Shown here in pieces: positions 16,174 through 26,133 of a DNA stretch of 32,000 bases. Origin of the DNA: Thermodesulfovibrio autotrophicus. Lineage in GTDB: Bacteria; Nitrospirota; Thermodesulfovibrionia; Thermodesulfovibrionales; Thermodesulfovibrionaceae. The notes under the pieces were generated by a model that saw nothing but the letters and a program-made list of their open reading frames with translations, had not been told where the DNA came from and searched no databases. Every line of letters begins with the position of its first letter. Position 1 is the stretch's first letter. The position numbers were made by a program, and so were the translations under genes. Location: contig NZ_CP144373.1 in NCBI RefSeq assembly GCF_040450955.1, positions 816,486 through 848,485 of the forward strand, given 5' to 3'.

Positions 16174-17323
16174 CTGTTTTATAACAGGGCAGATAAATAA
16201 TTATTTGCGTACCCTTGCTTTCTTCTGATTTGATCGTGATTTCGCCACCAAACTCTTCTATAATGGACTTTGAAAGATAAAGTCCAAGACCTGAGCCACC
16301 TGATGAATATTTTGTTGAAAAAAATGGTTCAAAAATATAAGGCATTATATCCTTAGAGATTCCAATACCTTCATCTCTGATTTCAATGTATATCTTATCC
16401 CCTTTTATCCCTGTAGATAGGAAAATTCCTCTTTTTCTATCTGGTAATGCCTGTAAGGCATTAATTAACAGATTTATTATAACCTGCTCAAGCTTTTGCG
16501 TATTGCCTCTTATTTCTGGCAATCCTTCTTGAAGATTAAGATTAAAATTTTCTGTATGCATAAAAATATGATGATTGAGTATTGTTACTACTCTCTTTAC
16601 CAATTCATTTACATCAATAATTGAGGATTCAGATTTTAAACCTTCTTTAATGTATTTTCTAAAGTCGTCAATTGTATCTGAAATTCTCGTTATACCCTCC
16701 ATGATTGACAGCATAAGTTTTGGAATAATTTTTTCAATCTCTGCAGATGAGATTCCTCCAAGTAAGAATTCTCCATTTTCATTCTCATACTCTCTGACAA
16801 GATTAAAAACATCCTGCCATGCCTGAAATGTAATTCGGAGATTATTAACCATAAAATTACAGATGTTATTTATTTCGTGTGATATGCTTGAAGTAACCAG
16901 ATCAATTGATTTTAACTTATCCTGCAGTATCAACTGGGCATTTCTTCTTCTTTTTTCTTCTTTTTTCTTTATTTTTTCAGTTATATCATTAAATTTAAGA
17001 AACACAACCCTCTGGTCTTCCCAAGCCACTGGATATAAACTGAAAAGCAAAACTCCTTTACTGCCATTATCTTTTCTATAACTTATAACCCTTTGCTCTT
17101 CTATGCTATGACAATCATGAATTAATTTAATAAAATTTCTATACTCCTGTTGTTCAAAAAATTCTGATAACTCTGAATGCTCACCCCAAAAATCTTTTGC
17201 AGGCTGATTCATGTAGATTATTTCCATTCTTTCAGGATCAAAAAGAATCAAAGGCTCTGAATAGGAATCTACAAATCTTAAAAGAACTTCTCCTAATTGG
17301 GCTTCTTTATGAAATATCTTCAT
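16160..17323 (-). CDS. Cytoplasmic PAS-domain sensor histidine kinase
   Basis: 387 aa, no TM segment. N-terminal PAS-like region. H-box SSISHEINN, N-box LLINALQAL, G-boxes DEGIGI and GGSGLGL. Overlaps the regulator gene by 14 nt. Confidence 0.85.
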   Translation of the reverse strand: MKIFHKEAQLGEVLLRFVDSYSEPLILFDPERMEIIYMNQPAKDFWGEHSELSEFFEQQEYRNFIKLIHDCHSIEEQRVISYRKDNGSKGVLLFSLYPVAWEDQRVVFLKFNDITEKIKKKEEKRRRNAQLILQDKLKSIDLVTSSISHEINNICNFMVNNLRITFQAWQDVFNLVREYENENGEFLLGGISSAEIEKIIPKLMLSIMEGITRISDTIDDFRKYIKEGLKSESSIIDVNELVKRVVTILNHHIFMHTENFNLNLQEGLPEIRGNTQKLEQVIINLLINALQALPDRKRGIFLSTGIKGDKIYIEIRDEGIGISKDIMPYIFEPFFSTKYSSGGSGLGLYLSKSIIEEFGGEITIKSEESKGTQIIIYLPCYKTDGKL

Positions 17324-18348
17324 TCTATTTTGATTTTTCCTTTACCTCTGATTACTTCACCAATTGAGTAAGCTTTATATCCTTTTTTATTTAAAATATT
17401 CAATGCCCTTTTCACATCTTTACTGTCAATGATAAAAACATAGCCTATTCCCATATTGAAAACTTTAAACATTTCTGATTCTTTAACCTTTCCTTCTTTC
17501 TGAATAAGCTGAAATACTGGATGAATCTGCCATTGATTTTTATATATTACAGCAGTTTTATTTTCAGGGAAAATTCTTGGTAGATTTCCTGGAATTCCAC
17601 CACCTGTTATATGTGCCATGCCTTTAACATTAACTTTCCCCTTAAGAGCAAAGTAGGCTTTAACATAAATCTGAGTGGGCTTCAGTAATTCATCGGCAAG
17701 ACTGCAACCCAGTTCTGAAACATACTGGTCTATTTTCATTTTTGCTCTCTCAAAAAGAACTTTTCTTACAAGAGAAAAACCATTGCTGTGAAGTCCTGAT
17801 GAAGCAACGCCTATTATTGCATCTCCTTCTTTTATTTCCTTTCCATCAATTATTTCATTCTTTTCAACCACTCCCACAGCAAAACCTGCAAGGTCATATT
17901 CCTCTTTTTTATAAAAGCCAGGCAGCTCAGCAGTCTCACCTCCTATAAGCGCACAGCCTGCCTGTCTGCATCCTTCAACAATGCCTTTTATCACCTGCGA
18001 TGCCTTTTCTGCATTAAGCTTTCCTGTAGCGAAATAGTCAAGAAAAAATAAAGGCTCAGCACCAACTGTCAGAATGTCATTCACACACATGGCAACAAGG
18101 TCTATTCCAACGGTATCATGTCTGTTTGCTTCAAAGGCTATTTTTAGCTTCGTTCCCACTCCATCAGTGCCACTAACAAGCACTGGTTCTCTGTATTTTT
18201 TTATCTCCAGCCTGAATAATCCTGCAAAAAGTCCTATATCAGTAAGAACCTCTTTACGGAAAGTTGTCTTCACCACAGGAGAAATCATTTTTACAAATCT
18301 TTCTGCTTCATCAATATCAACTCCAGCCTGTTTATAAGTAATGCTCAT
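17320..18348 (-). CDS. purM: Phosphoribosylformylglycinamidine cyclo-ligase (AIR synthetase)
   Basis: 342 aa. YKQAGVDIDEAERFV, SGTDGVGTKL, typical PurM length. Confidence 0.95.
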   Translation of the reverse strand: MSITYKQAGVDIDEAERFVKMISPVVKTTFRKEVLTDIGLFAGLFRLEIKKYREPVLVSGTDGVGTKLKIAFEANRHDTVGIDLVAMCVNDILTVGAEPLFFLDYFATGKLNAEKASQVIKGIVEGCRQAGCALIGGETAELPGFYKKEEYDLAGFAVGVVEKNEIIDGKEIKEGDAIIGVASSGLHSNGFSLVRKVLFERAKMKIDQYVSELGCSLADELLKPTQIYVKAYFALKGKVNVKGMAHITGGGIPGNLPRIFPENKTAVIYKNQWQIHPVFQLIQKEGKVKESEMFKVFNMGIGYVFIIDSKDVKRALNILNKKGYKAYSIGEVIRGKGKIKIE

Positions 18349-19202
18349 AAAACCTCCCTTATCTTCATGCTTATATCAACAGCTCTGGCAGAATGAGTTA
18401 AGGCTCCAGCAGAGATAAAATCTACACCTGTTAAAGCAATCTCTCTTACATTTTCAAGATTAACGCCACCTGAGGCTTCAATCAGGACTCTGCCTTTTGC
18501 AATGGATACAGCCTTTTTCATTGTTTCAATCTCCATGTTGTCAAGCATCACAATGTCTGCTCCTGCATTAACTGCCTCCTCAAGCTCTTCAATAGTTTTG
18601 ACCTCAACTTCAATTTTCTGATAAATACAAGATTTTTTAGCTCTAAGCACTGCCTCTGCTACAGAACCTGCAATTTTAATATGATTGTCCTTTATTAAAA
18701 CCGCATCATAAAGAGCAAAACGATGATTATGTCCTCCAGCAATTCTTACAGCATACTTCTCCATAAATCTTAATCCAGGAGTTGTTTTTCTTGTATCAAG
18801 AATTTTTACTGGAAGGTCTTTAACTTTTTTAACAAATTCTCCTGTTAAAGTGGCAATTCCTGAAAGTCTCTGTAAAAGATTTAATACAGTTCTCTCTCCT
18901 GCAAGAAGCAATCTTGCATTGCCTTTAAGTGTGGCAATTGTATCGCCCTTTTCAATGAAATCACCATCTCTGTAGTGTTCCTCAAAACATAAGCTATCAG
19001 GCTGAATGCTGAATGATGAAGAGAGAATACTGAAAAATCTTTTTACAAAAGGTATTCCTGCAAGAATCAAATTTTCTTTACATATTATATGAGCAATGGC
19101 ATTACATTGTTCAGGGACAATTACTTCTGAAGTGATATCACCTTTTCCAATATCCTCTAAGATTGCTATTCTGAAAACTTCATCAATCAGTGAACTATAC
19201 AT
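18345..19202 (-). CDS. nadC: Nicotinate-nucleotide (quinolinate) pyrophosphorylase
   Basis: 285 aa. LDTRKTTPGLR, DAVLIKDNH, MLDNM motifs of type II PRTases. Confidence 0.9.
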   Translation of the reverse strand: MYSSLIDEVFRIAILEDIGKGDITSEVIVPEQCNAIAHIICKENLILAGIPFVKRFFSILSSSFSIQPDSLCFEEHYRDGDFIEKGDTIATLKGNARLLLAGERTVLNLLQRLSGIATLTGEFVKKVKDLPVKILDTRKTTPGLRFMEKYAVRIAGGHNHRFALYDAVLIKDNHIKIAGSVAEAVLRAKKSCIYQKIEVEVKTIEELEEAVNAGADIVMLDNMEIETMKKAVSIAKGRVLIEASGGVNLENVREIALTGVDFISAGALTHSARAVDISMKIREVL

Positions 19203-19209
19203 TTATCTC

Positions 19210-19689
19210 TTATCTCTTTAAAAAAATTCTTAAAAGTCCGTAAATGCCTCCTGCAACTGCTGTAATGGCAAGAGCACTCTTCCAGTTAAAAAGGGTGGTA
19301 ACATTTCCCTGAATGTTTTTGCCTATTAAAATAAAACTGGCAGAGTTTTTAACCTCCACATTACTTCCTATAACTATACCTGCTGCTGATCTTTTCACTT
19401 CAGCTTCTTCTCTACCAATGGCAACAGGACATAGAGAAAAATTAACATCAGTTTTCTCTCCCATTGAAACTCCACTTATGCACTGATTCATGCTCAATTC
19501 ATTAGCTCTTACAAATCCTATTGCTCCTTGAGTAATTTCAGCTCTTTCTGAATCAATACTTAATGCACAAACTTGCTGCATTTCTGCGGTGCCTGCTTCA
19601 ATAGCCCTTGCTGTGCTTTGTTTTATATTGATAAATTCAGCTTCAACTATATCCATACTCTCCCCTTCAATTTCTATTTTTTCTTCCAT
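19210..19689 (-). CDS. Hypothetical tail-anchored protein with about eight 14-residue repeats (beta-solenoid/bactofilin-like by eye)
   Basis: 159 aa. Periodic (A/S)E(V/I/M)-x6-8-(V/I)(I/V) units. C-terminal hydrophobic segment ALAITAVAGGIYGLLRIFL followed by KR. Confidence 0.5.
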   Translation of the reverse strand: MEEKIEIEGESMDIVEAEFINIKQSTARAIEAGTAEMQQVCALSIDSERAEITQGAIGFVRANELSMNQCISGVSMGEKTDVNFSLCPVAIGREEAEVKRSAAGIVIGSNVEVKNSASFILIGKNIQGNVTTLFNWKSALAITAVAGGIYGLLRIFLKR

Positions 19690-19698
19690 CTTTTCCTC

Positions 19699-22524
19699 CT
19701 AATCTGATAATTCTTCAAGAATCTTAAGATTATCTTTTATTTTATCACTTTTAACTAAAAGCTCCTCATACTTTTCCCTATCTTTCTCAACTACTTCTTT
19801 GGGTGCGTTTTTTATAAAATCTTCATTCATCAATTTTTTGTTAAGAAATTTTATGTCTGCTTCAGTCTTCTGAAGTTCCTTTAAAAGCCTCTTTTTCTCC
19901 TGGGCTATATCTATCATTTCTTTTACAGGAATATAAATTTCAAACTCTTTTTTTACTGAAACTGCTGAGCCTTTTTGCCTGACAATGTCCTTGCTGATTT
20001 TTAATGTTTTTGCTCTGGCAAGTTTTGAAATAAATTGATATCCTTCATTTAAAACCTGCTCAGCCCTTGAAGACGCTGGTTTTATAAATACCTCAAGACT
20101 TACTGAAGGAGATATGTTTAGTTCTCCACGAATACTTCTTACTCCAGAGATTGCCTGCATTATGTATTCCATTTTTTCAACTGACTCTTCATCTATGCCT
20201 ATTAGATCAGTGGTTGGATAGGAAGAAATCATTATTGATTGATCTTTTTTTAATATATTTAGCCAAATTTCCTCAGTTACGTATGGCATAAAGGGATGTA
20301 AAAGCTTTAAGACATTTTCAAAAACGTAAAAAAGACAATTAACAGTTTCTTCCTTGTTTTCTGTTTCAGAGTATAACACAACCTTGCTTAGCTCTATGTA
20401 CCAGTCGCAGAACTCATGCCAGAGAAATTGATAAACTGAATTTGCTGCATCATTAAATCTGTATGCCTTAAGCGATTGATTTGTTTCTTCTATAGTTTTT
20501 GAGAGTCTTGACAGAATCCATCTATTTTTGAGACTCAACTCTTGCATTGTAACGGTTTGCTTTGTTCTTAAAGAAACAAAGCTCATTATAAACTTCATGG
20601 CATTCCAGATTTTGTTTATAAAATGCCTGTATCCTTCAACTCTTTCTTCTGAAAACTTTATGTCTCTGCCCTGTGCTGCAAATGCTGCAAGAGTGAATCT
20701 AAAGGCATCTGCTCCGTATTTTTCTATCATAACAAGAGGGTCTATTACATTACCCTTTGATTTGCTCATCTTCTGTCCCTTTGAGTCTCTCACAAGAGCA
20801 TGAATGTAAACATCTCTGAAAGGAACATCTTTCATAAATTTCATCCCCATCATTATCATCCTTGCTACCCAGAAGAATATTATGTCAAAGCCTGTAACAA
20901 GAACACTGGTAGGATAAAATCTTTTTAAATCCTCTGTTTCCTCTGGCCAGCCAAGTGTTGAAAAGGGCCAAAGAGCTGAAGAAAACCATGTATCAAGAAC
21001 ATCAGGGTCCTGTATTATCTCTTCACTGCCACATAATGGACAAACACGGGGTTCATTTCTGCTTGCAAAATGGGATACCTCTTTTGGAATCTTGATCATC
21101 TTTGCTCTCTGTTCAATTTCTTCCTTAGTTATGCCAAGCCTTCTTAATTCATTGTAAGTACCGCTCCAAATTTCTCTTCCATCAAAGATAAAGGGTTTAT
21201 AGAATAAAATTTCTATCAGATCGCCGTGTTCAACGCCTTTTTCTGATTTGCATTTTGCACAGTACCACACAGGAATTCTGTGTCCCCACCAAAGCTGCCT
21301 TGATATGCACCAATCCTTTATATCACGCATCCAGGCATAGTAGTTATTAACCCATCCTTCAGGAATAAATCTTATTTTGCCCTCCTGTACAACCCTTACT
21401 GCCTCCTCAGCTAAAGGCTTTATTTTCACGTACCACTGAACTGTCTGCAAAGGCTCAATAACTGTTTTACATCTGTAGCAATGTCCAACAGCATGTTTGT
21501 GCTTTTCTATTTTTTCAAGAAGTCCAGCCTTTTCAAGGTCTTCAATTATTCGTTTTCTCGCTTCATATCTATCAAGTCCCTTATACTTACCAGCTTTCTC
21601 TGTCATTTTTCCTTCTTCATCAATCACACATACATAGGGAAGATTGTGTCTCTGAGCAATCTCAGCATCATTGAAGTCATGGGATGGAGTAACTTTTACA
21701 GCACCTGTTCCAAACTCCATATCAACAGCACTGTCTGCAATTAAGGGAATCTCCCTGTTCATAAAAGGAAGAATGAGTAGCTTACCAATCAAATTTTTAT
21801 ATCTTTTGTCTTCAGGATTAACAGCAACAGCTGTATCACCAAGCATTGTTTCAGGTCTGGTTGTTGCCACTGTAATAAATTGCCGAGAATCGTCTTTTAA
21901 TGGATACTTTATGTAGTAAAGCTTCCCGTCTATTTCTTCATGCTCTACCTCAAGATCAGAAAGAGCTGTATGACATCTCGGACACCAGTTAATAAGTCTT
22001 AAATCTCTATAAATCAATCCTTCCTCAAAAAGTCTTAAAAAAACTTCTTTAACAGCTCTTGAAAGCCCTTCATCCATTGTAAAGCGAAGACGGCTCCAGT
22101 CACAGCAAGCACCTATTCTTTTAAGCTGTTGTATAATTTTATCTCCACAGGCATCCTTCCACTGCCATACTCTATGAAGAAAAGCGGTTCTACCAAGTTG
22201 ATATCTATCCAGTCCCTCCTTTAAAAGTTCTCTTTCCACAACATTTTGAGTGGCAATTCCAGCATGGTCAGTTCCTGGAACCCATAAAGCAGCATAACCA
22301 AGCATTCTTTTCCATCGGATTAATATATCCTGAAGCGTAGCATTTAAAGCATGTCCCATATGAAGAGTCCCTGTTACATTGGGAGGAGGAATTACAATGC
22401 AGTAAGGCGTTTTTTTAGGGTTAGGGTCTGGTTTAAAGAAACCATTTTCTTCCCAGAAGCTGTAAAGCTTGGTTTCAATTTCCTGAGGTTGATAGATCTC
22501 ACTTATAAGCTTTTCTTTAAACAT
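19699..22524 (-). CDS. valS: Valyl-tRNA synthetase
   Basis: 941 aa. PPPNVTGTLHMGHA (HIGH), KMSKSKGNV (KMSKS), C-terminal coiled coil. Confidence 0.95.
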   Translation of the reverse strand: MFKEKLISEIYQPQEIETKLYSFWEENGFFKPDPNPKKTPYCIVIPPPNVTGTLHMGHALNATLQDILIRWKRMLGYAALWVPGTDHAGIATQNVVERELLKEGLDRYQLGRTAFLHRVWQWKDACGDKIIQQLKRIGACCDWSRLRFTMDEGLSRAVKEVFLRLFEEGLIYRDLRLINWCPRCHTALSDLEVEHEEIDGKLYYIKYPLKDDSRQFITVATTRPETMLGDTAVAVNPEDKRYKNLIGKLLILPFMNREIPLIADSAVDMEFGTGAVKVTPSHDFNDAEIAQRHNLPYVCVIDEEGKMTEKAGKYKGLDRYEARKRIIEDLEKAGLLEKIEKHKHAVGHCYRCKTVIEPLQTVQWYVKIKPLAEEAVRVVQEGKIRFIPEGWVNNYYAWMRDIKDWCISRQLWWGHRIPVWYCAKCKSEKGVEHGDLIEILFYKPFIFDGREIWSGTYNELRRLGITKEEIEQRAKMIKIPKEVSHFASRNEPRVCPLCGSEEIIQDPDVLDTWFSSALWPFSTLGWPEETEDLKRFYPTSVLVTGFDIIFFWVARMIMMGMKFMKDVPFRDVYIHALVRDSKGQKMSKSKGNVIDPLVMIEKYGADAFRFTLAAFAAQGRDIKFSEERVEGYRHFINKIWNAMKFIMSFVSLRTKQTVTMQELSLKNRWILSRLSKTIEETNQSLKAYRFNDAANSVYQFLWHEFCDWYIELSKVVLYSETENKEETVNCLFYVFENVLKLLHPFMPYVTEEIWLNILKKDQSIMISSYPTTDLIGIDEESVEKMEYIMQAISGVRSIRGELNISPSVSLEVFIKPASSRAEQVLNEGYQFISKLARAKTLKISKDIVRQKGSAVSVKKEFEIYIPVKEMIDIAQEKKRLLKELQKTEADIKFLNKKLMNEDFIKNAPKEVVEKDREKYEELLVKSDKIKDNLKILEELSD

Positions 22525-23002
22525 GTCTCTGCTGCATAACCTCCAGAATTTGCTTGAAAATATTTTGCATTTCCCTTTTAACTTCGCTGCTTATGTAAGG
22601 TCTGAGCTTATTAATTAATTCATCTTCCTCAATAGAAATTGACTGATGTTTTATGCCCAGCAGAGATTGTAATTTCTGCTTAAATTCTTCAAAAGTAAAT
22701 GGTTTAACAATAAAATCCACTCCCAGGTTTCTTAATTGTTCAAGATTTATGGAAGAGTAAAAATTGAGCACCGCTAAAACAGGGATTAACAGAGAGTATT
22801 TTTCTCTTATTCTTTGAAGAAAATTTATTAAATCTGACTCTTTTATATCAACACCTGAAACTATTACCTGAGGACTGTGCTCTTCAATGCTCTGCAAAGC
22901 ATTATCAGTATCTGAAAAGGTTATAATTGAAAAATTATCCTCCTTAAAACTGCTCAAATAATCCCACAAAAAAGGTGATTTTTCCAGTAAAAAAATTTTC
23001 AT
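22517..23002 (-). CDS. Single-domain CheY-like receiver protein with atypical acidic pocket and about 40-aa C-terminal extension
   Basis: 161 aa. REC-fold pattern (KIFLLE.., QVIVSGVDI.., IPVLAVL.., DFIVKPF). The usual DD after beta-1 is replaced by EK. Confidence 0.6.
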   Translation of the reverse strand: MKIFLLEKSPFLWDYLSSFKEDNFSIITFSDTDNALQSIEEHSPQVIVSGVDIKESDLINFLQRIREKYSLLIPVLAVLNFYSSINLEQLRNLGVDFIVKPFTFEEFKQKLQSLLGIKHQSISIEEDELINKLRPYISSEVKREMQNIFKQILEVMQQRHV

Positions 23003-23003
23003 C

Positions 23004-23612
23004 TTACTTCTCCCTCATCAATTCTTCTGCTTGCTTGGTTTTCATTCTTTTTACAAGCTCCTGATAGGAATGAGTACGAATTATCTTATTAAACTGGCTA
23101 CGATAATTACTCACAAGACTGACTCCTTCAATAACAACATCATAAACTTTCCATTCTTTTCCATTGAAATAAAGCTTATAATCAATGGGAATCTCTTTTT
23201 TGTCCTTTGTTATTATTTTCGTTTTTACCTCAGCATACCTACCGTTTTCAATTCTTTCATCTGTATAAACTATCTGCTCATCAGTGTATGATTCAATCTT
23301 TCCTGCGTAATACCTTTCAAGAAGGTCCCTGTAAAGCTCCACAAACTCCTTTTTTTCCTGTGGAGTTCTATCCTTCCAGTAAACACCTAAGGAACGCTTT
23401 GACATCTCTTCAAAATCAAAAACTTTGCTGATCTCTGTTCTCAATGCAGCTCTTCTCTGTTGTGTCTTTTTTTCTCCTTTGTACTTAGGGTCTTTAAGAA
23501 TGCCTATTACCTTATCCACAGTTTTCTTAATCTGTTCCTTTGGAGAGGAAACAGCAAAGGCGCTGGATATTGTAAAAACAAATATTAATAAAAATACCGT
23601 TAATTTTTTCAT
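23004..23612 (-). CDS. mlaC: MlaC/Ttg2D-family periplasmic phospholipid-binding protein
   Basis: 202 aa. Signal peptide. The size, the operon context with mlaEFD and the helix-rich FDFEEMSKRSLGVYWKD...FVELYRDLLERYY region are typical of the family. Confidence 0.75.
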   Translation of the reverse strand: MKKLTVFLLIFVFTISSAFAVSSPKEQIKKTVDKVIGILKDPKYKGEKKTQQRRAALRTEISKVFDFEEMSKRSLGVYWKDRTPQEKKEFVELYRDLLERYYAGKIESYTDEQIVYTDERIENGRYAEVKTKIITKDKKEIPIDYKLYFNGKEWKVYDVVIEGVSLVSNYRSQFNKIIRTHSYQELVKRMKTKQAEELMREK

Positions 23613-23626
23613 TATTTAACCTCCCT

Positions 23627-24973
23627 TTATCTATCAAGTCCAGATGCCTGAAGCAAGTTTGCGATAGCCATTTTTTGATTATAAAGTGCTTTTAAATGAT
23701 TTACTCTTGTCGTGGCATAGGCTAAAACCGCATCTGCAAGGTCTTTTGTCTCTCCAACTCCCATATCAATGTTTGCATCTGCAGTTACAAGCCATTTCTT
23801 TGCATTTTGATAGGCCTCATCCATATCCCGAGCAGACTTTGTTGCTTCCTGAAGTTCATAGTAAGCTTTCATAATCTGAACCGGAATTCCGCTTTCAGCA
23901 AGTTTTTTCTTTTCAAGCACCTTCTGATACTCAATCTCAGCCTCTCTTATTTTACCCTTTGTTATGCCAAAATCAATATTGAGTTTCATTCCGAGCACAG
24001 CAGCGAGCATTGAATCATTAAGAGGATCATAAATATAGGGGTTGTGGATTCTGTCCCTATTTGTAGCTCCAGAAAGAGAACCTTTAACGAGGAAAAATAT
24101 CTGAGGATAAAGATTACTCTTTTCAACATCAACAAGAGCCTGTTTTGCTCTGAGACCTTCTTTTATCTGAATCATCTCAGGTCTGAGCTGAAAAGCCTTT
24201 GCAATTAACTCATCCGGTTTCATGTATATTTCTTCATATTTTAAGGGTTCTGTAGTTATCTCAAGCTTTGTATTCTGAGGAGTTCCTGTCATGAACTTTA
24301 AGGCTTCTATTATGATTGCTTCATTTTTGTCAATCTCATTCAAGTTTCTTTTGACCTCACCAAAGTAGGTTTTAAGTTTATAAAGAGTAAGTTCATCAGC
24401 AGAGGGAATGTCTTTTTTCAAATCCTCTTGTGTTCTTTTAATTGCCTTTTCAAGCTCATCTTTAATCTCATTGACAAGGTTTCTTAAATCTCTCAGCATG
24501 GCAAGACTCCAGTAAAGCTCTTTGGTTTTTAAAATAACTTCAGAACGCTTCTTCTCAAGTTCTGCTTCTGAAACCTTTATACCTCCCTGAGCAGCTGTTC
24601 TGTATCCTGAAATCTTTCCAAAGGTATAAATTGGTTGCAGCACCTGCATTGTAATCATACCAAAAACACCGTTTATTGTGGTGGATTTAACATCAGTTCT
24701 AATCTCTGGAGATATAGCATCTCTGCGTGCTTCAGGAGATGGACCTCCTAAAGCCATGAGCTCAATCTGTGGAAAAGCTGCTGATTGTGCTTCGCTGAGT
24801 TTTGCTTTATAAATCTCAATATCCTGCTTATATTCACCGAGCTCTGGATGAAAGTTAACTGCTCTATCAATACATCCTTTAAGGTCAAGCACTATTTTGT
24901 CTTCTGCAAAACAGACTGATGAAAAGAGAATCATCACAAAAATGATTAAAATTCTAAATTTTGCCGAATACAT
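23627..24973 (-). CDS. TolC-family outer-membrane channel protein
   Basis: 448 aa. Signal peptide ...SSVCFAEDK. Two OEP-type repeats with long heptad helices. Start overlaps the mlaD 3' end by 20 nt. Confidence 0.8.
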   Translation of the reverse strand: MYSAKFRILIIFVMILFSSVCFAEDKIVLDLKGCIDRAVNFHPELGEYKQDIEIYKAKLSEAQSAAFPQIELMALGGPSPEARRDAISPEIRTDVKSTTINGVFGMITMQVLQPIYTFGKISGYRTAAQGGIKVSEAELEKKRSEVILKTKELYWSLAMLRDLRNLVNEIKDELEKAIKRTQEDLKKDIPSADELTLYKLKTYFGEVKRNLNEIDKNEAIIIEALKFMTGTPQNTKLEITTEPLKYEEIYMKPDELIAKAFQLRPEMIQIKEGLRAKQALVDVEKSNLYPQIFFLVKGSLSGATNRDRIHNPYIYDPLNDSMLAAVLGMKLNIDFGITKGKIREAEIEYQKVLEKKKLAESGIPVQIMKAYYELQEATKSARDMDEAYQNAKKWLVTADANIDMGVGETKDLADAVLAYATTRVNHLKALYNQKMAIANLLQASGLDR

Positions 24974-25397
24974 ATTTTGACAACACCTCCTCTATATCTA
25001 TTGCTGATTCCGTTTCTCTAATTTTACCATTTTGAGCAATATACTGCTCAGAACCTCCAGGTGTAATCTGAACATATTTTTCACCTATCAACCCCTTTGT
25101 CCTTATTGAAGCAATTGAATCCTCTGGAAGCTTAATAGAATTAAGAATTTTCAATTCAACTACTGCTTGATATTTACTATTAAGCGTTACCTTTTCAACA
25201 GAACCAACCGGAACTCCTGCGATCTCCACAACAGAGCCTTTTTTAATTCCTCCTACCTTATCAAATTCTGCGTAAACAGTATAATAGCCAGTCTGAAACA
25301 TATCAATCTTGCCAAGCCTGAAAGAGAGATAGCCCAGTGCCAGAATTCCAATTAAAACAAATATGCCCACTGCTATTTCAAGACTTTCTCTTTTCAT
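24954..25397 (-). CDS. mlaD: MlaD (single MCE domain, N-terminal TM anchor)
   Basis: The track ORF starts at 25409, but the second ATG (25397) is preceded by GGAGGGAGCA. The product then begins MKRESLEIAVGIFVLIGILALGYL (TM). MCE core YTVYAEFDKVGGIKKGSVVEIAGVPVGSV. Confidence 0.8.
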   Translation of the reverse strand: MKRESLEIAVGIFVLIGILALGYLSFRLGKIDMFQTGYYTVYAEFDKVGGIKKGSVVEIAGVPVGSVEKVTLNSKYQAVVELKILNSIKLPEDSIASIRTKGLIGEKYVQITPGGSEQYIAQNGKIRETESAIDIEEVLSKYVFGKI

Positions 25398-26133
25398 TGC
25401 TCCCTCCATTTTCTATGCCAATTATAAAACTTTTTACAACCATATTATCACTTTTCTGAATCTCCTCTGGAGTTCCTATCGCTACAATTCTTCCATCATG
25501 AAGCATGGCAACTCTATCTGAAATTTCAAAAATTTCAGGGATTTCATGGCTTATTATCAATCCAGTAAATCCATACTGTTTTTGAGTCTCCCGTATGAGA
25601 CTGTGAATTGAACGAACCAGGATTGGGTCAAGTCCTGTTGTAGGTTCATCAAAAAGGATTATTTTTGGATGGGCTATTAATGCTCTTGCAAGGGCGACTC
25701 TTTTACGCATCCCTCCACTGAGTTCGGCAGGATATTTATACTCCATGCCAAGAAGTCCAACATCATTCAGAGCTTTAATAACTCTTTCATGAATCTCTTT
25801 TTTATTTAATCTGGTTTTCTCTGTTAAAGGGAATGCCACATTATCATAAACTGTCATTGAATCAAAAAGAGCACCTCCCTGAAAAACAACTCCAATATCT
25901 GCTCTAATCTCATCAAGCTTGTTTCCTTTTAGCTTTGTTATATCCTGTCCTTTTATGAATATACTTCCTCTGTCTGGTTTTAACAGTCCAACAATGTGTT
26001 TAAGCAAAACAGACTTGCCGCCTCCGCTTCTACCAATAACAGCAGTAACTTCTCCCTCATTTATAACTAAATTAACACCCTTTAAAACCTGTTGTTTTCC
26101 AAAAGACTTGTAAAGCTCCTTTATTTCTATCAT
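25378..26133 (-). CDS. mlaF: MlaF ABC-transporter ATPase
   Basis: 251 aa. Walker A GRSGGGKSV, signature LSGGMRKRVALARAL, Walker B ILFDEPTTGLD. Confidence 0.9.
   Translation of the reverse strand: MIEIKELYKSFGKQQVLKGVNLVINEGEVTAVIGRSGGGKSVLLKHIVGLLKPDRGSIFIKGQDITKLKGNKLDEIRADIGVVFQGGALFDSMTVYDNVAFPLTEKTRLNKKEIHERVIKALNDVGLLGMEYKYPAELSGGMRKRVALARALIAHPKIILFDEPTTGLDPILVRSIHSLIRETQKQYGFTGLIISHEIPEIFEISDRVAMLHDGRIVAIGTPEEIQKSDNMVVKSFIIGIENGGSNEKRKS

Noticed and set aside
16925-16980. Long pyrimidine-rich tract (ttcttcttcttttttcttcttttttctttattttttc) that looks repeat-like.
   Set aside because: It encodes the Lys/Glu/Arg-rich linker (KIKKKEEKRRRN) of the histidine kinase on the minus strand. It is a coding low-complexity region, not an independent repeat element.
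24954-25409. Longer mlaD start (MEGA-MKRES...) given by the ORF track.
   Set aside because: GGAGGGAGCA precedes the second ATG (25397), while the first ATG has no SD. Uncertainty remains, and the difference is only 4 codons.
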